A stretch of 64,000 nucleotides of DNA, taken from assembly GCA_963705705.1 (NCBI GenBank), contig CAVPKK010000005.1, forward strand, positions 64,001 to 128,000, written 5' to 3'. Positions 55,661 to 64,000 of the stretch are shown here, in pieces. How positions within the stretch are numbered: position 1 is the stretch's first letter; every line of letters starts with the position of its first letter. This DNA comes from an uncultured bacterium. Lineage in GTDB: Bacteria > Babelota > Babeliae > Babelales > JABCYS01. A program made the translations under genes and the position numbers. Under the pieces are notes generated by a model. That model ran no database searches and had not been told where the DNA came from. It saw nothing but the letters and a program-made list of their open reading frames with translations.

Positions 55661-56737
55661 ATGGTACAAAGAAAAAAAATATTATTTGTTCTGATTACAT
55701 TTTGGATGACTACTGGCTTGAGCCAGAGTGTATGGGCATGTACCGATTGTTGGAAGTCTGCATTTGTCTACTCAAGAGCTACTACAAGATCAATTGCCAC
55801 AACCCTCTATAACATATACAAATGGCGGCATGCAGATACCACTTTTCCTACCCTAAACGAACTTAATCCAGTGACCTTTATCCCTCGCGGGTCATCGGAT
55901 GATGAAAATACACCAAAAAAGGAAGTATTATGGTTGCTCAAGCAAACAGGCTTTGATTCAATGATAGTTATTAATAACCGAGTTTATCAGGTGCAAGGTA
56001 GTATTCCAGAAGATATTGGCAATCAACAATTACCCATTTTTGTCTATTCTGGCGGTTATTCAAATGATCGAAGGCCTTATGCGTACAATGGTTATATCGC
56101 TATAAAGGGTGGGCTTATGCCAGGCATATGTCTAACTTTCGATTTCGCTACCGATACCCGACGCGGATTTAATTTTTGCCAACAACAAGATCAGCATTGT
56201 GTAAAAACTATATGCAATAGGATCGTAGAGTTTTCACCTCAGTCATCGATTATTCTTTATGGTGCCTGTAAAGGAGCGGCAAACAATTTAAGATTCTTGG
56301 CTGACCAAGCAGAGGCCATTCAGCCCGAATCATGCATACAGAATATTAAAGCAGTTATTTCTGAATCACCGCCAATTTCAGTACCAAAGGCATTGCAATA
56401 TACACCTGGCGCACCAGTTACATTAGCTTTAATGCGTATGATATTTCCAAACTATAATCCGCAAGCAAAAACTATCATGCAGACAGCACAGTTTCCCAAA
56501 ATACCTGTGCTCATTGCGAGTTTACCAAAAGACACTATAAGCGAGCTTGGAGATATGTTTGCCATGAATAGTCATCTGAACAAAGCTTGCCAAGCAAACG
56601 TGGAACAGTTTGTATCCGAAGAGGCAGACTTACGTCATGGAAAGATTGGAAAAGCGAAAGATTACCGTAGCGCCGTCGCAGCCTTTTTGAAAGAACATGT
56701 TGCTGCAAATATCAACAGCGCTATTGAGTTATCGTAG
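55661..56737 (+). CDS. Secreted alpha/beta-hydrolase-fold-like protein
   Basis: Signal peptide; FVYSGG, ILYGACKGA nucleophile elbow, AVISESP, D in PKDT and LRHG. Confidence 0.6.
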   Translation: MVQRKKILFVLITFWMTTGLSQSVWACTDCWKSAFVYSRATTRSIATTLYNIYKWRHADTTFPTLNELNPVTFIPRGSSDDENTPKKEVLWLLKQTGFDSMIVINNRVYQVQGSIPEDIGNQQLPIFVYSGGYSNDRRPYAYNGYIAIKGGLMPGICLTFDFATDTRRGFNFCQQQDQHCVKTICNRIVEFSPQSSIILYGACKGAANNLRFLADQAEAIQPESCIQNIKAVISESPPISVPKALQYTPGAPVTLALMRMIFPNYNPQAKTIMQTAQFPKIPVLIASLPKDTISELGDMFAMNSHLNKACQANVEQFVSEEADLRHGKIGKAKDYRSAVAAFLKEHVAANINSAIELS

Positions 56738-57502
56738 TACAATTGTTTTCCCATCCATGGCAATCTGAACACGAATGCCGTTTTCTTTACCCAAGAGTTT
56801 AATCTTATCCAGCAATTTTTTCGTCCCGGGATCATTCGTATCTGCCGTTTGATGCTTGGTAATTTCTGATCCGCAATGGGTAAAAATAGCCCGTGGAATA
56901 TGGTATTTCTGGCACCAGGCGAGTTGAGCTTCGATAGGGCTATGGCCTACGAGTGTATGACCCTTATGCCGCACCAACATTCTCCTCGTTACAATGGCGC
57001 CATCACCAATATACAGGTCGACGTTGCTCAGTGCTTGTTTCTCATTAATTATCTTTACCAAGTCTGATACATAAAAAATATTTTTTTGCTCGGCAGTTAT
57101 GCGGTAGCCCATGGCAGGGGCGCGTAATGAATGTTCGACCTTAAATGGTTCGATAATCATATTCCCAAAGCGGATTTTCTTACGATGGTTGCAGATAAAG
57201 CGTTGTTCTTCAGGAATAGGATAATGCTTAATGAGTTCCCAGGTTTCTTTGCTGGCAAATACTGGCCAAGGGCAGCCGTTTGCTAACCCACCAACGTGAT
57301 CTGGATGTGCATGAGTAATGAAAATGGCCTGCGGCTTCGGTTTAATTTCATCAAGATGGCCCAGCCAATCTGAACCGCAATCAATTAAAATGCGAGTTCG
57401 TTCAGAAGATATAAGGGTCGAACTATGCCGATGATGGAGTTTGCTGCGCGCAATAATTCCACCGCGGGTGCCGAGAAATTTAATTTTCATTTCTGAGCCC
57501 AT
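56729..57502 (-). CDS. MBL-fold metallo-hydrolase
   Basis: KFLGTRG, LIDCG, ITHAHPDH, YVSD and FTH. Confidence 0.9.
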   Translation of the reverse strand: MGSEMKIKFLGTRGGIIARSKLHHRHSSTLISSERTRILIDCGSDWLGHLDEIKPKPQAIFITHAHPDHVGGLANGCPWPVFASKETWELIKHYPIPEEQRFICNHRKKIRFGNMIIEPFKVEHSLRAPAMGYRITAEQKNIFYVSDLVKIINEKQALSNVDLYIGDGAIVTRRMLVRHKGHTLVGHSPIEAQLAWCQKYHIPRAIFTHCGSEITKHQTADTNDPGTKKLLDKIKLLGKENGIRVQIAMDGKTIVLR

Positions 57503-57503
57503 T

Positions 57504-57535
57504 AAAAAAGCCCGGCAGTTAGCCAGGCTTTTTTT
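57504..57535. terminator. Intrinsic terminator, potentially bidirectional
   Basis: AAAAAAGCCCGGC-AGTTA-GCCAGGCTTTTTTT. Confidence 0.7.
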
Positions 57536-57555
57536 GTTTGCAATATCAGACTGAG

Positions 57556-57975
57556 TTATTTCTTCTCAGGAACAGTACCAGCAACATTATTCTTTACAGC
57601 GTAATCCGATAATACTTTTGCAGCTTCTTTATATTTTTCAGCTTTCTCCGGATTCATCCTTTTAAATGAAGACTCTTCAGCCTTTAATTTGCAATAACAT
57701 GCACAGCGCGATGCATTTTCTTTTCTTTCTTTGCCAATTAATGGCAATGCACTCTTTCCTGCTGAGCAAATAGGATCGCAAAAGCCGAATAGATCGCCTT
57801 CTGACGTCCAGCCTTTTTCTTTGGCCGTACGGGCTAGTGCATCTACTGATGTAGGACAGGTATCTGCAAATACATTGGCTGCGCCAACAGCTAATACAGC
57901 TGCAAGGGCAAATTTCATTGAATCGTTCATAGGGAACTCCTTTTTTGTTGTTGTTGGTTCTTGGGTGTACTTCAA
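57556..57975 (-). CDS. Small secreted Cys-rich protein
   Basis: MKFALAAVLAVGAANVFA signal and six Cys residues; true start probably MNDSMK. Confidence 0.72.
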   Translation of the reverse strand: MKYTQEPTTTKKEFPMNDSMKFALAAVLAVGAANVFADTCPTSVDALARTAKEKGWTSEGDLFGFCDPICSAGKSALPLIGKERKENASRCACYCKLKAEESSFKRMNPEKAEKYKEAAKVLSDYAVKNNVAGTVPEKK

Positions 57976-58036
57976 ATTACATCCTCAGTATGCAAAAAGG
58001 AGATCAGGGAAAGCAAGAGTTTTGTTGCTAGGCAGC

Positions 58037-58068
58037 AAAAAGGCCCGGCTTTTCGACCGGGCCTTTTT
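58037..58068. terminator. Intrinsic terminator downstream of hppA
   Basis: AAAAAGGCCCGG-CTTTTCGA-CCGGGCCTTTTT. Confidence 0.75.
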
Positions 58069-58095
58069 GAATTATGGAAATAATTTAATGCGTTG

Positions 58096-58207
58096 CGCGC
58101 TTTTATCCTTCGATCCTTCGAGGGGCCTCAGGAGTGAACCCTTCGACAGTCATTTGTGTATCGAAGGCCTTTAGGTCTGAGCTTGTCGAAGACTCAGGAT
58201 GAGCGCG
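58096..58207 (+). repeat. 112-bp composite nested palindromic element
   Basis: Same modules and length as 19216-19327. Confidence 0.85.
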
Positions 58208-58255
58208 GTCGCTTGTGAGCCCATATTCTTGCACTAATAATAAGCCTTTTTCTGC

Positions 58256-60247
58256 TTACAGCCCAGCTAATAATAGGGCAACAACCGACATCAATTTAAT
58301 TAATATGTTCAATGATGGACCTGAGGTATCTTTACAAGGATCGCCAACAGTATCACCGATGATTGCGGCCTTATGAGCTGGTGAGCCTTTGCCGCCCAAG
58401 TGGCCCGCTTCGATATATTTCTTTGCATTATCCCAAGCCCCGCCGCCGGTAGATAACATGAGAGCAAGCAATACGGAAACAAGGGTTGCGCCGACAAGCA
58501 TGCCGCCGAGTGCAAGTTTACCTTGATCGCCAAAGCCATAGCGAACTGCTACTGGCAGGAAAACGGTAAGTAGACCAGGGACAATCATTTCTTTCAATGC
58601 TGCGCGTGTGCTAATAGCGATGCAACGTTCATAATCAGGTTGTCCTGTTCCTTGCATAAGGCCAGGAATTTCGCGGAACTGGCGAAGCACTTCCATTACC
58701 ATTTTTAATGCGGCGGTGCCCACAGCTCGCATAGTCAAAGCAGAAATGATGAACGGTAATACGCCACCAATAAAGAGGCCGACCACTACAACTGGTGTTT
58801 TAAGATCCAGGGTCGCAATATTTGCCTTTTGGGCATAAGCCGAGAACATAGCGAGCGCAGTTAATAGGGCGGAGCCAATAGCAAAACCTTTGCCAATTGC
58901 TGCCGTAGTATTGCCAAGCGCATCCAATTTATCTGTTGTTTTACGTACTGAAGGATCAAGTTCGGCCATTTCGGCTATACCGCCGGCATTATCCGCAATT
59001 GGGCCATAGCCATCGATAGTCATAGTGGTGCCGACCGTTGCCAACATTGCCACTGCAGAAATTGCTACACCAAATAGCCCGCCACCATGGTTATAGGCTA
59101 GAAGTACAGCGATTGCTAAAAGCACTACCGGCCCAGCAACTGATTCCATACCAACTGATAAGCCATAAATAATGTTGGTTGCGGCGCCAGACTCAGACAT
59201 CTCCGCAATCTTGCGAACGGGAGTTCCCGATGTGAAATATTCCGTAATCGTGCCAACGATAATCCCGCTAATGCAACCCATAAGCACGGCATAAAACAAA
59301 TGAATATCTAAATTAAAAACATTTAAATACACCCAAGTGCCTACTGCCAGCAAACTAATAGACATGATATTTGCCAGGCGTAACTGTGCCGCCGGTGAAA
59401 CGTTAATTACAAACGCAGCGCCAAGGGTAATAGCTGAGCTCAATAATCCGATAGCAGAAAGTACGATCGGAAAAACTGCGTATGAAGGGGTGTTGTAGTA
59501 TGGATCCATGACGGCAATTAAAATTGCGGCAACCATAGCACCAATATACGATTCATAGATATCTGCGCCCATTCCTGCCGTATCGCCTACACAATCGCCA
59601 ACGTTATCTGCGATAACAGCAGGGTTGCGTGGGTCATCTTCAGGCAATCCAAGATCGATCTTGCCAGCTAAGTCTGCCCCTACGTCTGCCGCCTTGGTAT
59701 AAATACCGCCGCCGACGCGTGCAAAAAAAGCAATGAGTGACGCGCCGATGCTGAAGCAAATAAGTGCATTTTCAAAATCATTTTTATCAAGTTTTCCGTA
59801 CAGTAAATAAAAAACTGAACCAAGACCAATTAGCCCAAAGCTCGCCACGGCAAAGCCCATAACGCCACCGCCGGCTAGAGCTATGAGAAAAGCTGATCTC
59901 TCACCTTCTTTTTGCGCAGCCAATGTAGTGCGAACGTTCGCGCGCGTTGCTGCATCCATTCCTATGTATCCTGCAGACAACGATATAAAGGCACCGAATA
60001 AAAACAGACCGGCATATAATAGGCCCAATACTAAATATAAGATCATGGCTACCACTAAGGTAACCGCACAAATAACCGAATATTCTTCGCGGATAAACGT
60101 CATCGCGCCTAGGCGTATGGCACTTGCGATGGCGCCTGCTCTGGCATGATCAACAGTGATTCTGCTTATTCGTATCAATAAATAAAACATGAGTACAAGG
60201 CCTAATGCGGCTGAGCCCATAATGAGAAGTTGGTCGAATGAGAACAT
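58256..60247 (-). CDS. hppA: Membrane-bound pyrophosphatase, K+-dependent type, probably Na+-translocating
   Basis: [40 protein letters not shown] and GDTVGDP.KDTSGP. Confidence 0.95.
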   Translation of the reverse strand: MFSFDQLLIMGSAALGLVLMFYLLIRISRITVDHARAGAIASAIRLGAMTFIREEYSVICAVTLVVAMILYLVLGLLYAGLFLFGAFISLSAGYIGMDAATRANVRTTLAAQKEGERSAFLIALAGGGVMGFAVASFGLIGLGSVFYLLYGKLDKNDFENALICFSIGASLIAFFARVGGGIYTKAADVGADLAGKIDLGLPEDDPRNPAVIADNVGDCVGDTAGMGADIYESYIGAMVAAILIAVMDPYYNTPSYAVFPIVLSAIGLLSSAITLGAAFVINVSPAAQLRLANIMSISLLAVGTWVYLNVFNLDIHLFYAVLMGCISGIIVGTITEYFTSGTPVRKIAEMSESGAATNIIYGLSVGMESVAGPVVLLAIAVLLAYNHGGGLFGVAISAVAMLATVGTTMTIDGYGPIADNAGGIAEMAELDPSVRKTTDKLDALGNTTAAIGKGFAIGSALLTALAMFSAYAQKANIATLDLKTPVVVVGLFIGGVLPFIISALTMRAVGTAALKMVMEVLRQFREIPGLMQGTGQPDYERCIAISTRAALKEMIVPGLLTVFLPVAVRYGFGDQGKLALGGMLVGATLVSVLLALMLSTGGGAWDNAKKYIEAGHLGGKGSPAHKAAIIGDTVGDPCKDTSGPSLNILIKLMSVVALLLAGL

Positions 60248-60307
60248 GTTTTTTGCTCCTAGTAGAACGTCTTTAAAATTTTCTTACGGGTTAGTTTGTC
60301 AATTTTC

Positions 60308-60359
60308 CCGTTCGTATCCTTCGATACATTTTGCTACGCAAAACACTCAGGACGAACGG
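60308..60359 (+). repeat. Intact palindromic element type B
   Basis: CCGTTCGT-ATCCTTCGATACATTTTGCTACGCAAAACACTCAGG-ACGAACGG with 8-bp terminal inverted repeats. Confidence 0.9.
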
Positions 60360-60408
60360 ATCGTTAGTTTTTTTATTGAGCTTGGAACATTGAAGTATCC
60401 ATTAAACC

Positions 60409-61854
60409 CTAGCTAGTCAATTTTTTTACTAATTCGGTGAGTAGTTTTGGATTTCCTTTGCCCTGAGTTGCTTTCATTGCTTGGCCGACAAAGAAGCCCA
60501 TCATGCGCTCTTTGCCTGACTTTAATTCAGCAACTTCATTAGGATGCTTATCGATGAGATCCTTAACAATTTTTTCGAGTTCGTCGGACGAACCGATTTG
60601 CTCTAGGCCTTTAGATTTGACCACTGCTGCTGGATCTTCACCGGTTTGAGCAACTTCTTCAAATACAGTTTTTGCTGCATGATTGTTGATGGTTCCCTGT
60701 TCGAGCATGTTGATGATAGTAACCAATTTTTCTGGTGTTACCTTAAAATCGGCCGGAGTTATGCTTTTCTCGTTAAGATAACTGAGTACGTCACGCAGAA
60801 TCCAATTTACAACTTGCTTGCTACTGTTTAATGCATGTGCTTTTTCATAGTACGATGCAAGTAGACGATCGTTAACTAAGATGTCTGCTTCGTATGCCGT
60901 TACTCCGTCGCTTATATACCGCGCGCGTTTTGCATCTGGCAATTCAGGCATCGCTGCCTTGATACGCTTGATGGTTTCATCATCGATATCAATCGGCGGA
61001 AGATCAGGATCGGTGAAGTAGCGGTAATCGGCTGCCTCTTCTTTGGTACGCATCACATAGGTTTTTTTCTCTTTACTATCCCATAGGCGTGTTTCTTGTT
61101 TAATCACACCACCTGTTTCAAGTGTCTCTATTTGCCGTTCAATTTCGTGTTCGATGGCGTCGCTTATAAATTTAAATGAGTTGATATTTTTTAATTCAAC
61201 CTTGGTGCCAAGCTTTTCAGCCCCTTTTTTGCGCACCGATATATTTGTATCTGCACGGAATGCACCTTCTTCCATATTGCCAGAACTGATATCTAAATAC
61301 GTCACAATATTGTGCAACGTTTTTAAATAGGTACGGGCTTCATATGTGCTAGACATATCTGGATAGGTCACCATTTCTAATAGTGGTGTGCCGGCGCGAT
61401 TGAGGTCGACAAAGCTTTCGTAATCGCTGGCATGAATATTTTTACCAGCATCTTCTTCCATATGAATGCGTAGCAGGCGAATATTTTTAGTTGAACCATC
61501 TTCTCGTGTAATAGGGATATGCCCTTCTAAACATATCGGATGGTATTGTTGAGTGATTTGGTATCCCTTTGGCAGATCAGGATAGAAGTAGTGTTTGCGA
61601 TCAAATTCGTTGTGTTTATTTATTTTGCAGTTGGTTGCTAAGCCGGCAAGGATTGCATAGTCGCGCACTTGCTTATTAAACACGGGAAGCACACCTGGCT
61701 GACCGGTGCATACTTCACAGATGTTGCTATTCGGCTCTTTTGTTATTTCGTTATGGCAGCTACAGAAAATTTTTGTTTTCGTTGTGAGCTGCACGTGTAC
61801 TTCGATACCGATGGTAAGTTCGTACTCTGGGTAATTGTCTAAAACTGAAGCCAT
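60409..61854 (-). CDS. gatB: Asp/Glu-tRNA amidotransferase subunit B
   Basis: IGIEVHVQL, YFYPDLPKGYQITQ, HMEEDAGK and KEEAADYRYF. Confidence 0.97.
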   Translation of the reverse strand: MASVLDNYPEYELTIGIEVHVQLTTKTKIFCSCHNEITKEPNSNICEVCTGQPGVLPVFNKQVRDYAILAGLATNCKINKHNEFDRKHYFYPDLPKGYQITQQYHPICLEGHIPITREDGSTKNIRLLRIHMEEDAGKNIHASDYESFVDLNRAGTPLLEMVTYPDMSSTYEARTYLKTLHNIVTYLDISSGNMEEGAFRADTNISVRKKGAEKLGTKVELKNINSFKFISDAIEHEIERQIETLETGGVIKQETRLWDSKEKKTYVMRTKEEAADYRYFTDPDLPPIDIDDETIKRIKAAMPELPDAKRARYISDGVTAYEADILVNDRLLASYYEKAHALNSSKQVVNWILRDVLSYLNEKSITPADFKVTPEKLVTIINMLEQGTINNHAAKTVFEEVAQTGEDPAAVVKSKGLEQIGSSDELEKIVKDLIDKHPNEVAELKSGKERMMGFFVGQAMKATQGKGNPKLLTELVKKLTS

Positions 61855-61881
61855 AAAATTCTCAAATATATTTACCTGGGA

Positions 61882-63405
61882 CTACCGACTTTCAATCTTA
61901 AATTGATCGATCTCAAGAGTCTCATCACTTCCCAAGGTAATTTTTCGATTAAATTCTTTTTCCAGGGTCAAAATCGCGTCGTATTCGGTGCCCGTTATAT
62001 GATCAAATATTGCAGGATGCACCGAGAACATTAGTTCTGCGTGCCGTTGCCGACTATTTCTCAGGGCATCATCCAGTTTTTGTAATAACGCAAATGATTC
62101 GGATTGGATCGATTTAATAAATCCAGAGCCTTGGCAGCATGAGCAATCATCAGTTAATTGCTGCACTAAAGTTTTTCCTGAGCGTTTGCGGGTCATTTGA
62201 ACCAGGCCAAACTCAGAAACTTTAAGTACTACAGATTGGAATTTATCACGCTCTTTTAAAATCTTCTCAAAATGGCGATACAGCTTCTGTCGGTTGGCGC
62301 CAGTAGCCATATCGATAAAGTCGATGACGATTAGACCACCAATGTTACGTAGGCGAAGTTGCCGTGCAACCTCTTCTGCGGCTTCAAGGTTGGTTTTTAG
62401 GATCGTCTCTTCCATGTTAGAACGACCAGTGAACCGTCCTGTATTTACATCGACTACGGTCATCGCTTCGGTAGCTTCTATAACCAAAGAACCGCCAGAG
62501 CGTAAATGTACTTTCTTTTGCAGTGCCCGTTCAATTTGTTTTTCAATATCGTAACGATCAAATAGTGAAGGATTGCCTTCGTATAAGCGAACCTTATGGG
62601 TATATTCTGGGGCAATGCTTTTTACAAATCTATAGATGCGCTGTTGTAACTGTTTTGAATCAGTAATTATTGCTTCAATATCATCATCTAGATTGTCGCG
62701 CACTGCAGCAAGAGATAAATCTAGATCTTCATAAATCTTTTCTTTTGGCTTTGCCTTCGCAAATTTCTTTACAATTGAGCGCCAGGTATGTACCAGAAAT
62801 GCAATATCTTGGCCAAGCGCTGCTTCAGGAGCATTTTCGCATGAAGTTCGAATAATTGCGCCCATACCTTTTGGCAGTCTGCGTGTAAGGATGTCGCGCA
62901 AGCGGTTGCGCTCTTCTCGAGATTCGATTTTTTTGGAAATGCCAATGCGAGGAATGTTTGGCATGAGAACTATGAAACGGCCAGGCAAAGTGAAGCAGGT
63001 GGTTAGCTTTGCACCTTTTTCATAGATTGGTTCTTTGGAAACTTGAACCAGAATTGGCTCGCCTTCGCGTAGAATTTTGCTTATTTCGGGCCGCTCGCGA
63101 CGTTGCGGAGGTCTGCTTGGTGCCGGTTCGCCTTCGATATCGCTATCATGGCCAAGCCCCATTTTTTCAGCTGCCATTTCGCGATCAATTTCGGAGATAT
63201 GCAGAAAGCCTGCTTTTTCTTGCCCAAAATCAACGAAGGCAGTTTGAATACCCGGTAATACTGAGGCGATGATGCCTTTAAAAAACATGCGCTCTAAATG
63301 TTCATGCACCCGCGGTGCAAAGTAAATATTTTGGAGCTCATTATTCTCCAGAACAATCGCCACGCGCGTTTGCCATGGAGCGTCATTAATCAGAATTTTT
63401 TTCAT
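61882..63405 (-). CDS. rng: Ribonuclease G/E family
   Basis: AFVDFG.EK.GFLH, DVNTG, ARQLRLRNIGGLIVIDFIDM and C..C.G.G; start MKKILIND (ORF track start 63486). Confidence 0.92.
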   Translation of the reverse strand: MKKILINDAPWQTRVAIVLENNELQNIYFAPRVHEHLERMFFKGIIASVLPGIQTAFVDFGQEKAGFLHISEIDREMAAEKMGLGHDSDIEGEPAPSRPPQRRERPEISKILREGEPILVQVSKEPIYEKGAKLTTCFTLPGRFIVLMPNIPRIGISKKIESREERNRLRDILTRRLPKGMGAIIRTSCENAPEAALGQDIAFLVHTWRSIVKKFAKAKPKEKIYEDLDLSLAAVRDNLDDDIEAIITDSKQLQQRIYRFVKSIAPEYTHKVRLYEGNPSLFDRYDIEKQIERALQKKVHLRSGGSLVIEATEAMTVVDVNTGRFTGRSNMEETILKTNLEAAEEVARQLRLRNIGGLIVIDFIDMATGANRQKLYRHFEKILKERDKFQSVVLKVSEFGLVQMTRKRSGKTLVQQLTDDCSCCQGSGFIKSIQSESFALLQKLDDALRNSRQRHAELMFSVHPAIFDHITGTEYDAILTLEKEFNRKITLGSDETLEIDQFKIESR

Positions 63406-63652
63406 GTATATTTCGAAATCTTTCTTGGTCACCCAGATTTGCTTTCGAGCTTCTTGTACACAATGGGAAAGCGCTCTGGATAACATTCCCTCCTTTTTAT
63501 CCGACTAAGCTTATTGCTAGCAGAAAGGTCATTTCTGGTAACGGCTTGGCGGATTGGTAAAAATTAAACAGTGCAAAATATAGCGTATTGCAAAAAATTG
63601 TGATAGTTTTTGGACCCACGTCATATTTCCTTAACAGCGAGGATTAAAAAAA

Positions 63653-64000
63653 ATGAAAAAAGTACTAGGCATAATGCTATTTGTGCTTGCTTTAGCCCCA
63701 GCATGTGGCAAAAAGAAGGTTGTTCGTTCATCGAATGATAAGTCTATGAATATTCCACTAGCATCAAATGGGGAACGCCGTAGCTTCTTCGATGATGAGG
63801 TAGGAGCATTTGTATTAGAGGATGATGCACAAGCCCAAGATCAAAATCAGCAAGCTTCATGGGTAGCCCAGGCCGATACCAAGCAGTTTAAGCCTGTCTA
63901 CTTCGATTTCGATAAATACGCCATCCGTAACGACCAACAGTCGCAAGTTGAGGCAGATGCCCAAGAAGCACTTAAGGTCGCAAAAAATCAGCAAAAAGAA
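63653..64000 (+). CDS. OmpA/Pal-family lipoprotein, truncated at the right edge
   Basis: MKKVLGIMLFVLALAPAC lipobox; VYFDFDKYAIR start of an OmpA-like domain; open to the window end. Confidence 0.8.
   Translation, partial: MKKVLGIMLFVLALAPACGKKKVVRSSNDKSMNIPLASNGERRSFFDDEVGAFVLEDDAQAQDQNQQASWVAQADTKQFKPVYFDFDKYAIRNDQQSQVEADAQEALKVAKNQQKE

Noticed and set aside
328..63483. Many short ORF-track entries (e.g. 328..648, 760..1209, 4083..4661, 24978..25526, 32473..32862, 57731..58174)
   Set aside because: They are antisense or off-frame shadows of better-supported genes or repeats.
1..64000. tRNA, rRNA, tmRNA, SRP or RNase P genes
   Set aside because: No cloverleaf or conserved signatures were found by eye; the GGTTCGA hits I noticed lie inside coding sequences.

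Overview
Bacterial chromosome segment, roughly 42-44% GC by eye. Gene content and protein style suggest Candidatus Babeliae/Dependentiae (TM6), which are intracellular parasites of protists; this assignment is an inference and was not checked against a database. Housekeeping genes include nfo, infB, nusA, murE, tsaB, rsmE, gpmI, truA, typA, rpsF/rpsR, rnhB, ftsY, tyrS, umuC/umuD, hppA, gatB and an RNase G/E gene. Three features stand out. (1) A family of short palindromic elements (core CCTTCGA...CTCAGG(A/G)(T/C)GA(G/A)CG) occurs in about 12 places. The elements insert into one another and sit in frame inside tsaB, truA and infB, and one supplies the rsmE stop codon. (2) A ~10 kb tandem array encodes paralogous signal-peptide proteins; three carry an F-box-like motif, and the first and last genes share a duplicated promoter/5'UTR. 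These are candidate host-directed effectors. (3) An oriC-like region (DnaA boxes, DnaA-trios, AT-rich tract) lies next to a frameshifted remnant of only the 3' end of dnaA. Also present: tandem paralog pairs in which one copy has gained an export signal (HAD hydrolases, nitroreductases), a secreted kinase-like protein, head-to-head umuC/umuD, and four single-base frameshifts that may be real or assembly errors. No rRNA, tRNA, CRISPR array or transposase was seen.
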